Source: Sphaerodactylus townsendi (taxonomy: Eukaryota). Taken from it: 48,494 bases of DNA. The stretch covers positions 37,401,507 to 37,450,000 of the forward strand of contig NC_059437.1 in NCBI RefSeq assembly GCF_021028975.2. Direction: 5' to 3'. The notes beneath the pieces were generated by a model. That model saw nothing but the letters and a program-made list of their open reading frames with translations. It was not told where the DNA came from and ran no database searches. Shown here piece after piece: positions 1 to 12,800 of this stretch (within the stretch, counting starts at the first letter, position 1; the number at the start of each line of letters is the position of its first letter). A program made the position numbers and the translations under genes.

Positions 1-62
1 GCAGGGGCTGGTGGGAATTGTAGTCCATGAACATCTGGAGAGCCGCAGGTTGCAGACCCCTG
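1..62. mobile_element. Right half of a palindromic hAT-type MITE (truncated by the window edge)
   Basis: Nearly identical to the 3' arm of the element at 20657-20800; ends ...GGTTGCAGACCCCTG. Confidence 0.8.
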
Positions 63-99
63 GGCTAGCCAGAGACAAAGCCAAACAAACCCCATCAGT

Positions 100-678
100 G
101 GTGGATTCCACACAGGGCAAATATAACAGGTGTAGAATGCGATAGAAACCATTTGGGGGAGGACTTCGCACAGATCCCATCCCCAAAACGAGCCTGCCCC
201 ATTTTATTTCCCTCAACCTGGGACTTTCGAAAATCGCTAAGCTGGCAAACTTCTCCCAAAATCCTGGGTTGGAGTTACTCCTGCAATAAACAGGAGGCGC
301 TTTATTTCTCTCTCTTCCACCGCACCACTATGGTCAGGGAGAATCCACCTGCCATTGCCCTGCCATTGCAGGGAGGCCCCTTTTTCTTTTTTAAAAAAAT
401 TGCAGGTTTAATATGTGCAGCTATGCAGGTGCAGTTGATCATATTGTGGGACGATCGGCATGGCTGTGGGGGTTCATTCCTGCATGCCTGATAGCTACAC
501 ACGTGTTGCAGGACATTTTAAAAAAGAGAAGTGTCTCTGTGAAGGCATGAAAGCAATCCGGATTGTTTCCATAGGCTCCAGTCACTGTCTGCACAGCATG
601 CATGTGAATGGGGAAAAGGAAAATGGGTTCTTTTATAACGACTGCAACCTCTTATACATTTGCTGTGTGGAATCGACC
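100..678. mobile_element. Non-autonomous DNA transposon with terminal inverted repeats (PIF/Harbinger-like)
   Basis: GGTGGATTCCACACAG at the left end and CTGTGTGGAATCGACC at the right end form imperfect TIRs. Confidence 0.55.
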
Positions 679-1159
679 ATTGTCTCTCTCACCAGTCCTA
701 CAGTAACAGGAAATAATTCCCTGTAAAATTCTTCCTTCTGTTTTGTTGAAGAGAGGCTTCTCACCTGTGGCTCCATGATATGTCCCCAATGTTTGACCCA
801 CAAGTATTCCCTTTGTGTCTTATTGTTTAAACAGGAAGCTAGCCTATGCTCCAATTATTTCGTGCTTTTTCATTTTCTTTACTGACATGCCTTAATGGCA
901 CAGTATTTCCTCAGACCCTTGTTTATCTGCCTGTTCCAAGCCTCCACAATTTGTCATCCAGTCTAATGTTCCATCAGACAGCTAGAACTTTTCACTGAAG
1001 CCCTTTTGAGCAAGGGTGAAATGTTAGGAAGAGGACCCTTTCTGCAGAGTTTGGCTAATGGAGGCAATCTGCTTTGGCTTGCATTTCTAAGGGGAAAGAT
1101 GCTCAGTGGTGCTAAATTGGTTTCTCTCCACCCAGGAGCCAAGGCTTCTCTTGAACACG

Positions 1160-4100
1160 ATGAGGGGACCTTCTGCGTGCCTGTTCCTTCTGTTGTTTGT
1201 GTGTGGAATCACCTCAGGTAAGCACATATTTGAATATTGCACAGAAATAACCCACAGTCTCTGTGGACCTGCTATACTTTAAAGCCTCAAAGGGCAACAG
1301 CACAAGGTAGAATTGCAGCCATTTGCAGAGAGTTTAATTAATTGTAATACCACACTACATACAGGTGGAAGGTACTGATGACAAACACTCAGTTCAGACT
1401 GAAGAGGGAAGCATGTTCAAATGGTGAGGAAAGTTGAACATACTCCCTTGAGGATGAAGAGCTCAGATTGGTTTTGTTTTTGTTTTTAATTTAACAGTCT
1501 GTCAATATTCAGGGATATCTGAGCTACACCCTTTTCAGGATAAAGATGACAGGAGATTTGTGAATTCATCCATCCTTTTCTGGATTGTCTTTGTTCTATA
1601 ATGTTCTGCTGAGGTCCTGGTGCTTTGGGGACAGAAATAAGTAGGCATTTTCATGTGCGTATAGGTGAGCTAATGTGCAAAGAGTACCATTTAGAATCTT
1701 TGATGGAAAAGCTGAAAAAAACTGAGATATAGGAATATATTTGGACAGTTGGAGACCAAGTGGGGTTGCCAACCTCCAGATGGGACCTGGAGATCTTCCT
1801 TGATTGTAACTGATTTCCAGATGACATGTATCAGTTCTCCTGGAGCAAATGAGTTTTTTGGAAGGTAAGTAGTATGATGTAAAATCCTGCTGAGGTCCCT
1901 CCCTTCACCAAACCCCATCCTCCACAGGATCTGCCTCCACAGGATCTCCAGAAATTTCCCTACCCTGGGTCTGGTAACTCTAAAGTCAAGGCTCGCCATT
2001 ATGGCAAAGAGGATTAACGATCAGGAAGTAGTGCTGAGTTCTCTTGTTTGTTCTGAATCTCAGCAACCTATCATTACAGACCAATTGCCTCGTAGCAGTG
2101 GCCTTTGTGCAGAAAAATGCTTATCTAGTGTAAAATTGAAACAGCTCAGAGAAGGGTATCTGACTGTGTTTTAAAATCTCTCCCATATCAATTTGGTATG
2201 GGGAAATGGGGTTGCACACACATCATTTTCCCTAACGTAACACATACAACCCCTGTTCCAGGGTACATTAAACTGTACAGGAGTCCATCTCATCATTCTG
2301 GGACAATGACTGAGGCAAGGAAAATGAGGAGGACACTTATATGTGGATGCTCCATTGCCCTGATGAACGTCTTTGCTTTTGAAAGAACGAGATCTATCTC
2401 TGTGTACAGAAGCAAATCCCTACAAAATCATTTAAAGTAAGATATGTTCATTGCAAGCCGCCCACCATCAACCCTGTTCTCAGAAAGAGTTTCCATATTC
2501 TCAGTCATTTCGAAGGTTCATTTAACAATGAGCCTCATTCAACAGGAATGTTACCTCATTTTGAGCATTTTTCATGCAGTTGACCAAAAGGTATGACATA
2601 ATGTATCAAAACAAGGAAGAAACGTATACCCTAGCTTTCTTCCTCCATGGAACGAATCACAACTCGCAGAGGATTCCCAAGTGGTCTCCCATTGGTATAG
2701 TGATCAGGCCAAAACCCTTTAAGTTTCAGCAAAGTTTTTCTATCATGTACCCTCTACCTACAAGCTGATATTTATTTATTTATTTATTTACTTCATTTAT
2801 ACTTTGCTTTCCTCCCCAGTGGTGACCCAAAGCAGCTGATATTGTTTTCCTGTCCTTTGTTTTTTCACGAGAACAGTTGTGTAACGTAGGTGAGGTTGAG
2901 TGTAACTGCCCTAATGTTATCTAGCAAGCGTCCATGACAGAGTGGGGATTTGAACCTGGTTCTCCCAGTTCCTAATCTGACACTGGAATGACTTCACCAA
3001 ACATTGAATTAAAATGCAAGGAATAGAAGCACAAAGCAGAGGGTATTCTAGTAGCTAGCTGGCGTGGTGGCCTCCGTATTCTGTTGTCCATTTAGTCCTT
3101 TGCCACATTTCTAGCATCCCCAGTGGTTCATAAACCCATGCTTATGATATTTTTCCTTTGATTTTTCCCCCCAGCTCTGAAATGTACTGTGGTGCCCGGA
3201 GTGCTGACACAGATCGATGCTAGCAATGGACAGGTCTTTGGTGTGAACAGTGCTGGCAATATTTACACCTTGCATGGAAGCACATGGACCCAGCTGCCAG
3301 GGGGACTGATCCATGTCACAACTGGTCCTTCTGGCGTCTGGGGTGTGAACTCAAACCATAACATCTACAGGCTTGTGGGTGGCAACTGGGAGCTGGTTAC
3401 AGGTATTGTAAGGTGCCTTATTTTGAGTTCTGTGTGTGTGTGTGTGTGTGGAATTTGTTTTAAACCCAAATTATATATATTTTTATAAAATAAGCACAGC
3501 CATCCGTATAAGTCATGAACTTTCCTCTGCTTCTAGGACAGTGAAATTAGCTCAGAAGAACCACAACCCTGTATTTTCCCTTATAGTAAAACAAACAAAT
3601 AGTATGTGGGGAGAACTGGAGGAGATGTTTATACTCTGTTGAAAACGCTCTTCCATTATTTCAACCAGCTGGACTCTTTACCTGGAAATACGCTTGACTA
3701 AGGATGAAATACAAGAGCGTTTTCTGGTTGTCAAGTCTGCTAGTATAGCAGATCCCCACCCCACCCCCAATGTTGGTGAAATCAGTTTATAGAATTGGAT
3801 GAACACACAATCATGCTTATACACAGGTTTAGATTACATGGGGTAAAATAGTGAAACTTCTTAAGGTATGCAAATCTAAATGTACCCATTACTCTAATTT
3901 CTAACTTATTTCTATCTTGTATAATAGAATTTGATTATATATTTTGTAGAAAAGTAAACAGGCAAATATTCAATGTGCTGGAATTCACAGTTTCAAACCG
4001 AAAAATTCAAATCATGATGCACCTTGAGCCGCAAAATGCGGCAAAAGACTGCATATATAAATTCAGTAAATACATAAATAAATTTGCACACTTCATTGAT

Positions 4101-6371
4101 CAAATGTTGTGATTCACTGAAAACAAATACGATTGTATGGGAAACAGATATTTAACAAATCTTTCAATATTTAGCAAATCCTCAAGTAGTCAGAGGCATA
4201 TCTGGAGAATATTTTATATCAAATTTTATGTAAAGGGATAAACATCTGGTGGGAACAAACTTAGCTCCATTTTGCTGTCTTCACGTCTAATGTCCTGTAG
4301 ATTTAGCTCTTTTTGCTACTTTTCAGGTTTGCTGAAACAGATGGATGTAGGTGGAAGCCAATTTGTTGTTGGAGTCAACAGGAACGATGACATCTATTGC
4401 CTACCCAAGTCTCCAGCAATCTCTGCTGATGGCAGCTCAGCACTGCCATGGATCCACATTGAAGGAAAACTCAAATACTATGTTTGTGGGCCTCGGGGTT
4501 GTTGGGGAGTTAACTCAGCTGATGCCATCTATTATCGGCATGGGGTTACCCCAGATTCCTGTGCTGGATCCAGTTGGGAGAATGTGCCTGGTGCACTTTC
4601 CATGATTGAGGTTAGCACAGAAGGAGATGTCTATGGAGTAAACAGCGCTGGAAACATTTATCGCAGGTACAGAATGCAATATACAGAGATTGGGAAAGGT
4701 TTTCCTCTCCCTAAAGCAGAGCATCTTACACATAAATCTGTGATTCTGAGACTCGTTTAACCACATGTGACAGCAGTGGACCTATCACTTTAAATGTGGG
4801 TCTTCTCTACATATGATGCATGGGGGTATTGCGTTGAAGAGCTAAAAGGAGGGGGGGGGGAGAGATGCTACATCTTGGTTCCTATCTACTCCTGGTGCCA
4901 CGTTCACTCTCTTGGCCAGGCTCACTTCCAGTATCAGAAACCGGCTGAGAGAAAAATGATAGCAGAGGACAGGCAAGTTGCAGAGAAACAACCATCTGGT
5001 GGTGGAATAATTCAGTATTGCCCACACCACCCGCACATTTTGCTCTTTCAATGAGATTCCCTGCTCTGTTCTCTTTCACACACAATAGGCGTAGTCTCTT
5101 ATTTAACAGCCATACATCTTGTGAGGTAGGTGGGACTGAGAGATTTCTGAGAGAACTGTGACTGACCCAAGGTCACCCAGAAGGCTTCATGTAGGGAATT
5201 GGACCCAGTTCTCCAGTATAGAGTCCACCACTCTTAACCACTGCACCATATTGGCTCTTCATTTAGGATTTCTCTCTTGCTTCATTACAAATATCTCAGC
5301 ACTTCCTTCAACTCCTTCGGATAGTGCTCTGATGAAAGGAACTTTTCCTCTCAAATGCTCGTACCCTGAAAATCCTGTCTCAAAGGTAGTAATGAACGAC
5401 TCTAGGTGTTCTCTAGAACAAATTATCTTCAAAAAAATTTTCTAAGGTAGGACATTAAGGGTCAAACTACAGAGGATCTGGGAAATCTGAGGCAGGATCT
5501 CCCTCCAAGAACTCCAGCTGCTGCAGTGCGTCATATGGTGCTTTAAGTTCTCCTCCATATAACAAGTAGCACTTCCAAACTGCATCAGAAAAGCAGCTGG
5601 GGAGATGATGGGTTAACACCCTCTTCTTGAATGCCACAGCCCTAATACGATTTGAGGGTTCACAATAAATTACCTCTGACTAGATTCACCATCAGTTAAG
5701 AACATAAAGAGTTAATTGCGTGGAGAAGGTCAGGAACATGGGCAGCCAGAGATGCTCTCATACATGGGTCTCCTGTAGAGAGGGAAGAAAGATGACAATA
5801 GTAGGGAAGGGAAGGAGGAGGAAGACCAAGTTGTAGGAAGCATTTAGAGCCCTCAAAAAGGGAGTGCAGAAGCCCAGACATTGTCATCATTTTGCTGGCA
5901 TTCCACTTTACTCTTTATAACCAGCTAGGAATTAGCTGCAGCTGCTAATCTCTCTTACACTTGGATTTTCAATTCATATTCCAACACCAGTTTTTGTCAG
6001 ACACCCTTCAAGTAATCAATGTATGAACTGACAGAGTGTTTACTTCAAGTTTTAGATGACTTTAGTGTCTCACTTTGCTTTTAGAAATCATATCTCTACC
6101 AGGTTTTTAAAAACTTCATTGTCTATAATACTTGCACATATTTAAGACATAATTCCACATTTTCAACCCACAGCTACACAGCAGAGATGTTAACCTTCAG
6201 AATATTCTTGTTAAATTTTCTTGCAGGATTGGAATTACTGCTGCCAATCCCATTGGAACCACATGGGAACAGTTGAACAGTGACTTCGGACAGGCCAAAC
6301 ATGTATCCTATGACCTTGGCCTGCTATGGGTTTTGACTACAGAAGGAAAGATTTTGAGCTGCAAAGGTTGA
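1160..6371 (+). CDS. Fish-egg lectin-like (tectonin-repeat 6-bladed beta-propeller) protein, copy 1; 256 aa, secreted
   Basis: Coding exons 1160-1217, 3175-3402, 4327-4666 and 6227-6371, all GT-AG and phase-compatible (771 nt). Protein: signal peptide MRGPSACLFLLLFVCGITSA, then LKCTVVPGVLTQIDASNGQVFGVN...GLLKQMDVGG..VGVNRNDDIYCL...GKLKYYVCGPRGCWGVNS...PGALSMIEV...KHVSYDLGLLWV...SCKG. This matches recalled carp FEL/leukolectin motifs along its whole length. AATAAA at 6744. Confidence 0.93.
1762..1981. repeat. Dispersed repeat with GGGTTGCCA..TGGCAACCC-type ends
   Basis: Related copies at ~20520-20905 (interrupted by a MITE), 33562-33780 (inverted), 35305-35525 and 40630-40850 share CTGGAGATCT..GATCTCCAGA..CAGTTCCCCTGGAGAAAATGG. 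Confidence 0.65.
2770..3003 (-). mobile_element. tRNA-derived SINE, diverged copy
   Basis: (TTTA)n tail plus GGGATTTGAACC B-box complement; similar to the other SINE copies in the window. Confidence 0.6.
5116..5257 (-). mobile_element. tRNA-derived squamate SINE (Squam3-like), 5' part
   Basis: Reverse complement of the SINE at 24748-24897. Confidence 0.7.
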
Positions 6372-8099
6372 ATCAGTCATTAATAATTTCTTTGCTGGCT
6401 GTGCTTGCTTCGCTTATACCCAATGATATCAAGACATTAAATATGATCTAATGATCCAGGCAAATGCATTCTCTATGTCACTTGCTGTATTTTCTCCCCT
6501 CTGTTTCACTTGCTGTATTTTCTGTAACGCTGTCCCATTCCTTGCAATGAGATTTAAAGTAAAATATATGAGACAGTTTGATATTATTTCCCAACTTTCA
6601 TTTCTTTCAGAAACTAGACCAAAAATAGCTGATGCTTAATATATATTAATTTGCATTGAGGTTTGTGTATTTTTAAACTGATTAAAGTCGGTCACTTATG
6701 ATTCTTGATGAAGTTAAATGGATTCATTTTAGTTGAATACAAAAATAAATCTATGGACTTCAGAGACCAGTTGATCTGGAAGAAATAGCTGCTTCAGAGG
6801 ATACACTATAAAGTCTTGGAAAAACTGTAACATTACATCTCATCTCTGCTGAGTTCTTTCTCCACCACAAACTCAGCTCTCTCCAGATATTGCTCCTGAA
6901 CCTACAGGAATTTCTCCAGCCAAAGATGACAACCTTATTTCCAAGAGGGAGGAAAAGAATGCTGAGGTTTAAATGCCTGCTGTTTGTGATATTCCTGACG
7001 GAAGTACACAAAGGGCAGAGCAGTTTAAGAGCACTCCGTGTACTTGTTTTTTAGTGCCCTACAATAACCACAGGAATGTCATAATCAGTGGTCAAATAGT
7101 CCCTCATTTGAAGCTTGAGACATACAAGGAATGGTGGTGGTCATTGTCTTCCCTGACCTTCCTTAATGATACCATCGGATACAGTTTTTGGCATCACTGG
7201 TACTTGTAAAATGAAAAACACTAGATTCCAAGAATGTCTGCAAGTCCTGCCTTCTGATCTTGATGTGTTCAGGCAGTCAGTGGTTGTTCAGTGCTGGGGG
7301 AAAGGCATTATGCACATATTCAGATGCACATTATTGGTTAATACTTTGGGAAGACTGAAGCCGGGAATTAAAAGCCGTTTCCAGGACTGACCCGCTTAAA
7401 TTCTTCCTCCATTCAACCTGCTGCAGGATCCCAGGGGTGCAGGTGCTTTCTAAGTGCTCTACTAAGGGCTGGTTGAACTTAGAAACCAGATGCTGACAAC
7501 TGGCCAAGTCTCATATATCATTAGCAGTGCAAGAGATTTTCCCAGGCTCTGATTTCAGAATTCACATAAAGCAAATCATTTGAGACACTGATTTCTACTT
7601 GCTGTTGGCATCTACATTTGTAATTACGAATGGCCCAATGGCAAATGCTCTCCATCATGGCCTGGCTAAATTAATATAGTAAGAGACATCCAGAAGAACA
7701 CTATGACATTACATTTTAGCTCACCAATCAAGCCCCAAACCTGAATTGGCAACACAGTTTCACTCCCTAATTTCCAGTTGCGTATTCCTTGTCATATTGG
7801 CATTACTCACTGCTTGCATCTTGGTTGACCGTTAAGGAGTTGAATTTCCCTGACCCTGATTCATGACAATAACAATCACTGGTGTGGGCAAAGAAACTTC
7901 TTACTGATGGGAAGGAGCTATGTGACAAGTTCCGACTTGGGCTTCAATTGCAGGCCTGGCAGGAGCTGCAAAGTTGATTGAAATCTCCAAGTCAGATCCA
8001 AGTGTGAAAGATATAAAAGGGGGAGACTAAATCAAGTCAAGAGATATGTTTGTGTGATTAAAGTTATTTTCCCACAACAGTTTGATCCTGACAGAAGTC

Positions 8100-8295
8100 A
8101 GTTCCAGGTAGCCAGCTCAAGGTTGACTCACCCTTTTATCCTTCCAAGGTTGGTAAAGTGGGGGTAAAGCGTAGATGACTGGGGAAGGCAATGACAGACC
8201 ACCCTGTGAACATGATCTACCGAGTAAATGTTGTGAAGTGGCATCACCTCTTGGGTCAGTGATGACTTGGTGCTTGCACAGAGGACTACCTTTAT
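8100..8295 (+). mobile_element. Sauria SINE-like 3' portion
   Basis: GCTCAAGGTTGACTCA..CCTTCCAAGGTTGGTAAA..GGGGAAGGCAATG..GACTACCTTTA, recalled as the Sauria SINE core and tail. Confidence 0.65.
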
Positions 8296-8889
8296 CTTCA
8301 ATATACTGTAATTATATTGTCCTTTGTGCAGTGATTTGCCTTTTATCTAACCCATTGAACTAATATGAGCACCTTTAACTGTAACCATGCTTTTATTAGC
8401 CTATCAGTTCTCTGCTATTTACCCCAAGGAAAAGAATGAGGAAAGCCACACAACACAAATAGAGCTAATCTTTATATTAGCCCCAGTCTGAAGGCACATA
8501 TTTGTTTTAATGCACTGTTTGATCCATGAACCCAGCTTTGGCAGGGAATTGCTAGGATTATATGTTTTAGTGGATTAAGATCTGGGTTGAGCTTCTGTTT
8601 TCCTTCCTATTTCCTGGTATTTAATCTTGGGCGTGGCCAGAGATGGGAGCTTTTTGATGTGAACCAAACAGTAAAGCTCTTGTCTCTTGGCCCATAACCC
8701 ATGGTTCAAAAGCTGTGGTCATGAGTGCGACCGCCCAGTGCATCTAAGGGTAGTCCAGAATGCAATGTACTGGAATTTTTTGGGTTTTCCTGTATTTTTA
8801 CGCTGTAGACCACTTCGCAACCCCACTGAAGAGGAAAGAGGGATAGACTATACCTATGTAATGGGTCATCTTCTTCTAGGGCTGTATTC

Positions 8890-9180
8890 CCCTTGAGGGG
8901 GTTAGCACTGACATTTTCTTCACCGAATAGCTCAATTTTGGGCATTTTCCGGGGTAAGGTTGACAGCACGCATGTCTTCAGCAATGCTGTCCATCCACTG
9001 TTTCTTTGGCCCTCCTCACAGGCGGTGGCCTCCAGGGTCAAAGTTTAGGGCCATTTTTGCAAAAGAAGTCTCCTCCTGGCGCATAATGTGCCAGTACCAC
9101 CGGAGCCATGCTTTCCTCACTTTCTTTGTAACTGGTGTAATTCCAAGTCTTTGTATGACTTTGTTTGTAACATGATCAGA
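8890..9180 (-). mobile_element. Degenerate RTE-clade LINE, 3' end of ORF
   Basis: Minus strand reads ..LRWYWHIMRQEETSFAKMAL..GGHRL*GGPKKQWMDSIAEDM.., resembling the RTE C-terminal RLRWxGHVxR...RGRPKKRWxD motif, with stops. Confidence 0.65.
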
Positions 9181-9233
9181 AAGAGTACCTATGCAATGGG
9201 TGAGGCTATGTATTTTACATGATGATGACTCTT

Positions 9234-9548
9234 GAAGAAGAAGAAGAAAAAGAGTTTGGATTTATATCCCCCCTTTCTCTCCTGCAGGAGACTCAAAGGG
9301 GCTTACAATCTCCTTGCCCTTCCCCCCTCACAACAAACACCCTGTGAGAGTGTCAGGTGCAGGAGCTGAGAGAGCTCCGAGAGGCTGTAGACTAGCCCAA
9401 GGTCACCCACAGCTGGTGTGTGTGGGAGTGTACAGGCTAATCTGAATTCCCCAGATAAGCCTCCACAGCTCAGGCGGCAGAGCGGAGAATCAAACCTGGT
9501 TCCTCCAGATTAGATACACAAGCTCTTAACCTCCTACGCCACTGCTGC
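9234..9548 (-). mobile_element. Full-length tRNA-derived SINE with (TTC)n tail
   Basis: High similarity to copies at 11424-11709 and 40275-40561; A and B boxes on the minus strand. Confidence 0.8.
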
Positions 9549-9804
9549 ATTCCTTAACCTATGATGTCATCCAAACATTGCATCAGGCTCCCAGTTGCAC
9601 TCCTTGGAGTAAGGGATGGAGCAATAGAATGCAGGGGAATGACCCATCAGTTTTCATTTTTGATGGTACTGCAAGAAAATATATTGCTTGTCAAAGCGAT
9701 ATTGAATAAATGGTTTTGGCAAGTGGAAGATGAGAATTTAGGGGGTGGTGTATAAGTTTTTTCCCATCTAACTCAAAGCAGAGTATTCAGTGCTTCTCTT
9801 ACAG

Positions 9805-12800
9805 ATGATAAGGGACCATTATGTGCTGCTATTGCTATGTGGATTCACATAAATGTAAGCAGGAACTGCCCTCTGAAAACTCTGCAGCCTACCGCTCACA
9901 GTGATGGGGATTCAGATTGTTGGAGTTCAAATATTCATGTTTAACTATGATTGCATCAAGGTACCAGTGCTAATGCCTATAATATTTATTGATAACCAGT
10001 TCCTCTGAATGGCATGTGGGCACTGGCTCTGCACTGTAAACAGCAACAGTACTGAAGCATGATAATTGGCTGGAGAGGGACCACAGCAGATAAAAGATTG
10101 GGGCAGAAACTAGGACCTCTGTTGCAAGCCAGGCTCTAGAACTGAATGAGCAGGGCCTATCAGGGCAACCAATACAAGGAGGACTGTAAGAGCAAAAGTC
10201 AAGACTGGATGCTGCGAGTAAGGAAAACCAGAGCATCAACCACAGAGAACCAAGGGACAAAATGGAAGAATCAGGGAAATACATGCAGAGGCCACCAAGC
10301 TCGATCTTGAGCCAAATGCCAGGTGAGCTTTTGCTCCGAGCTTATTTTTATCCAGACCAGACCAGGAGGAACACGCTATTGGAGAGCTGGAGGTATGAAG
10401 CCACAATGATGCCTAGAAAAATAATAGCCTTCCATTTGTCATCCATTCCGTACCACAAGCAGGAGACCACTAGGAGACAATGCCCTTATTCGGGTCATTC
10501 ATATCCAGCTAAGTAGGTGAAAATTTTCTTGTCCAAGACTAAAACCTGCATGAGTGCTGGTTCCTCAGTGGGGGGTGATGTCTGCATTATTCTACCCACC
10601 TTGAGTCCATATTTGTTCTCCTTGTGATATACCTAGATTCGCTGATGAGTATATAAATATAACACTTTTTTGCTCTAGTTTCAGATTGCGAACAGGTGCC
10701 TGGAGCATTGAAACAGATCGAAGCTAGCAATGGACAGGTCTTTGGTGTGAACAGTGCTGGCAATATTTACACCTTGTATGGAAGCACATGGTCCCAGCTG
10801 CCAGGGGCACTGACCCATGTCACAACTGGTCCTTCTGGTGTCTGGGGTGTGAACTCAAACCATAACATCTACAGGCTCGTGGGTGGCAACTGGGTGCTGG
10901 TTACAGGTATTGTAAGACAGCTGATCCTAGTTGTATGGATGTGTAAGAAATAGAAACAAAAGGAGAAAGAACGGCATGCACAAAAAGAAATGTTTGTCAT
11001 TTTTCAGTATATGTTTTATCCCCAAAAGGACTTTTGTGGTGTCAGGAATAGTTCTCCGTACTCAGCTTGGAAATCATTTTAAACTCCCTTGCCTAAGGGT
11101 AAATTAGTGGGACCACACAGTCTTATTTTGTGCACTGTCTTGTTTGATCATATGAGACCTCAGCAAATGAAGAGAAATGGCTAGACTGACTTGTTTGAAT
11201 GTTTCATCATTCTTGCCCTGTTGGCATCTCATGAAAATTCTGATGCACCAAAAGGGACATACAACCATTGTCTTCCTTCCAGTGTACATTGATGGTGTAG
11301 CTGGAACTCAAGCAGTCATGTGAACTGTCCCACTGTATGCTAGCAGGCCTTGTGCTGGAGAAGCCCTTCTCCACATCTGGGAGCCCTCCTGAACCATTTT
11401 CTTTTTAGCCAAGCACCCAATGAAGGAAGAAGAATTTGGATTTATGTCCCTGCTTTCTCTCCTGTAAGGAGACTCAAAGGGGCTCACAACCTCCTTTCTC
11501 TTCCCCACCCCACAACAAAAACCCTGTGAGGTGGGTGGGGCTGAGAGAGCTCCAAAGAACTGTGGCTAGCCCAAGGTCACCCAGCTGGCACGTGTTGGAG
11601 TGCACAAGCTAATCTGGTTCACCAGATAAGCCTCCACAGCTCAAGTGGCAGAGCGGGGAATCAAACCCAGATTAGAGTGCACCTGCTTTTAACCACTACA
11701 CCACGCTGGAATGGAACTGTTTTCAGCATTTTGTGTATGGTTCTAGTTATGCTTAATTTTGATCAGTTCATAAGATCAACCCAGTGAACAGCAATTGAAA
11801 GAGAGGGTCTCTTGATGGTTGGGGAAATTAAACTTACAAATAAAGTTGTTGAGAACTGAAACATAGGAATGCTCTCACTGACTGGTCAAGACCCAGGAGG
11901 GAATACCAGATCTCAATAACAGGACCCAGAGCTGAAATTAGGATATTTAGACCATCTTAGAACAGAGCTGAGGAGAATTCTTTGCTTGAGAATTTGGTTG
12001 CTTCAGAAAGGGAACCGTATGGAGCTAAACAACATTGTTTTATCTTAGAATATGCCAGGAGTAAGGATCAGTCTAGATGGGCTTAGAATGGATGCATTTT
12101 CCCTTTGAATGCTATCATGGTTTTTTTTTAATATAAAATACTCCTTTATAACTTAATTATGTAGTGTACTATATTTAAGGCTTTTAAAAATGTTTAGTTA
12201 AAAAGTGGCTTTCTTGTATAAGTAGCTGTCTCTGAAATTTTGGTCTCACCTAATCCCACAACAGTAATGAGGGACTTCCTCCCGCATACTACTAGAGGAT
12301 CTGACCAAAACAGTTTAAAAACCTTTGCCTGTACAAAACTTTGTAGCATCAGAATTTATCTTATTAAAGGTGATTTATAACCTTTTATTCTGATAACACA
12401 AAAGAGTAGGGAGTAAAGTTCAGTTCCTGAACTATTTAATCAGACAGAACATCAATAGAACCTTTTATCTTCTGCTGAGAAAAGATTCTTTTTATTGAGC
12501 AAGACAGAAAAAATACTGGCACGAAAAGTTAACCATAAAATTACGGTGAAGATAAATACTACAATTATTAAAGTTCCCACAATTGTTAATCATATTATAG
12601 CCAGTAATAGGTTTTAAAAGCCTCCTCAAGTTTCAGCTTTTGTCTCCCTGGTTTTAGGGATTATCAAAAAACCCAAATTATCTCACCAAGAATTCTTTTG
12701 AGACTTCCATCCAGAGAAATCTGATTTCCTCATCACAGGAGTGCATATTTATATCAACATCATTTGCTAAATCTGATCTATTGTAACCCTATGGTCATAT

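Noticed and set aside
8012-8018. TATAAAA as the promoter of lectin copy 2
   Set aside because: Plausible, but 1.8 kb upstream of exon 1 with no independent support.
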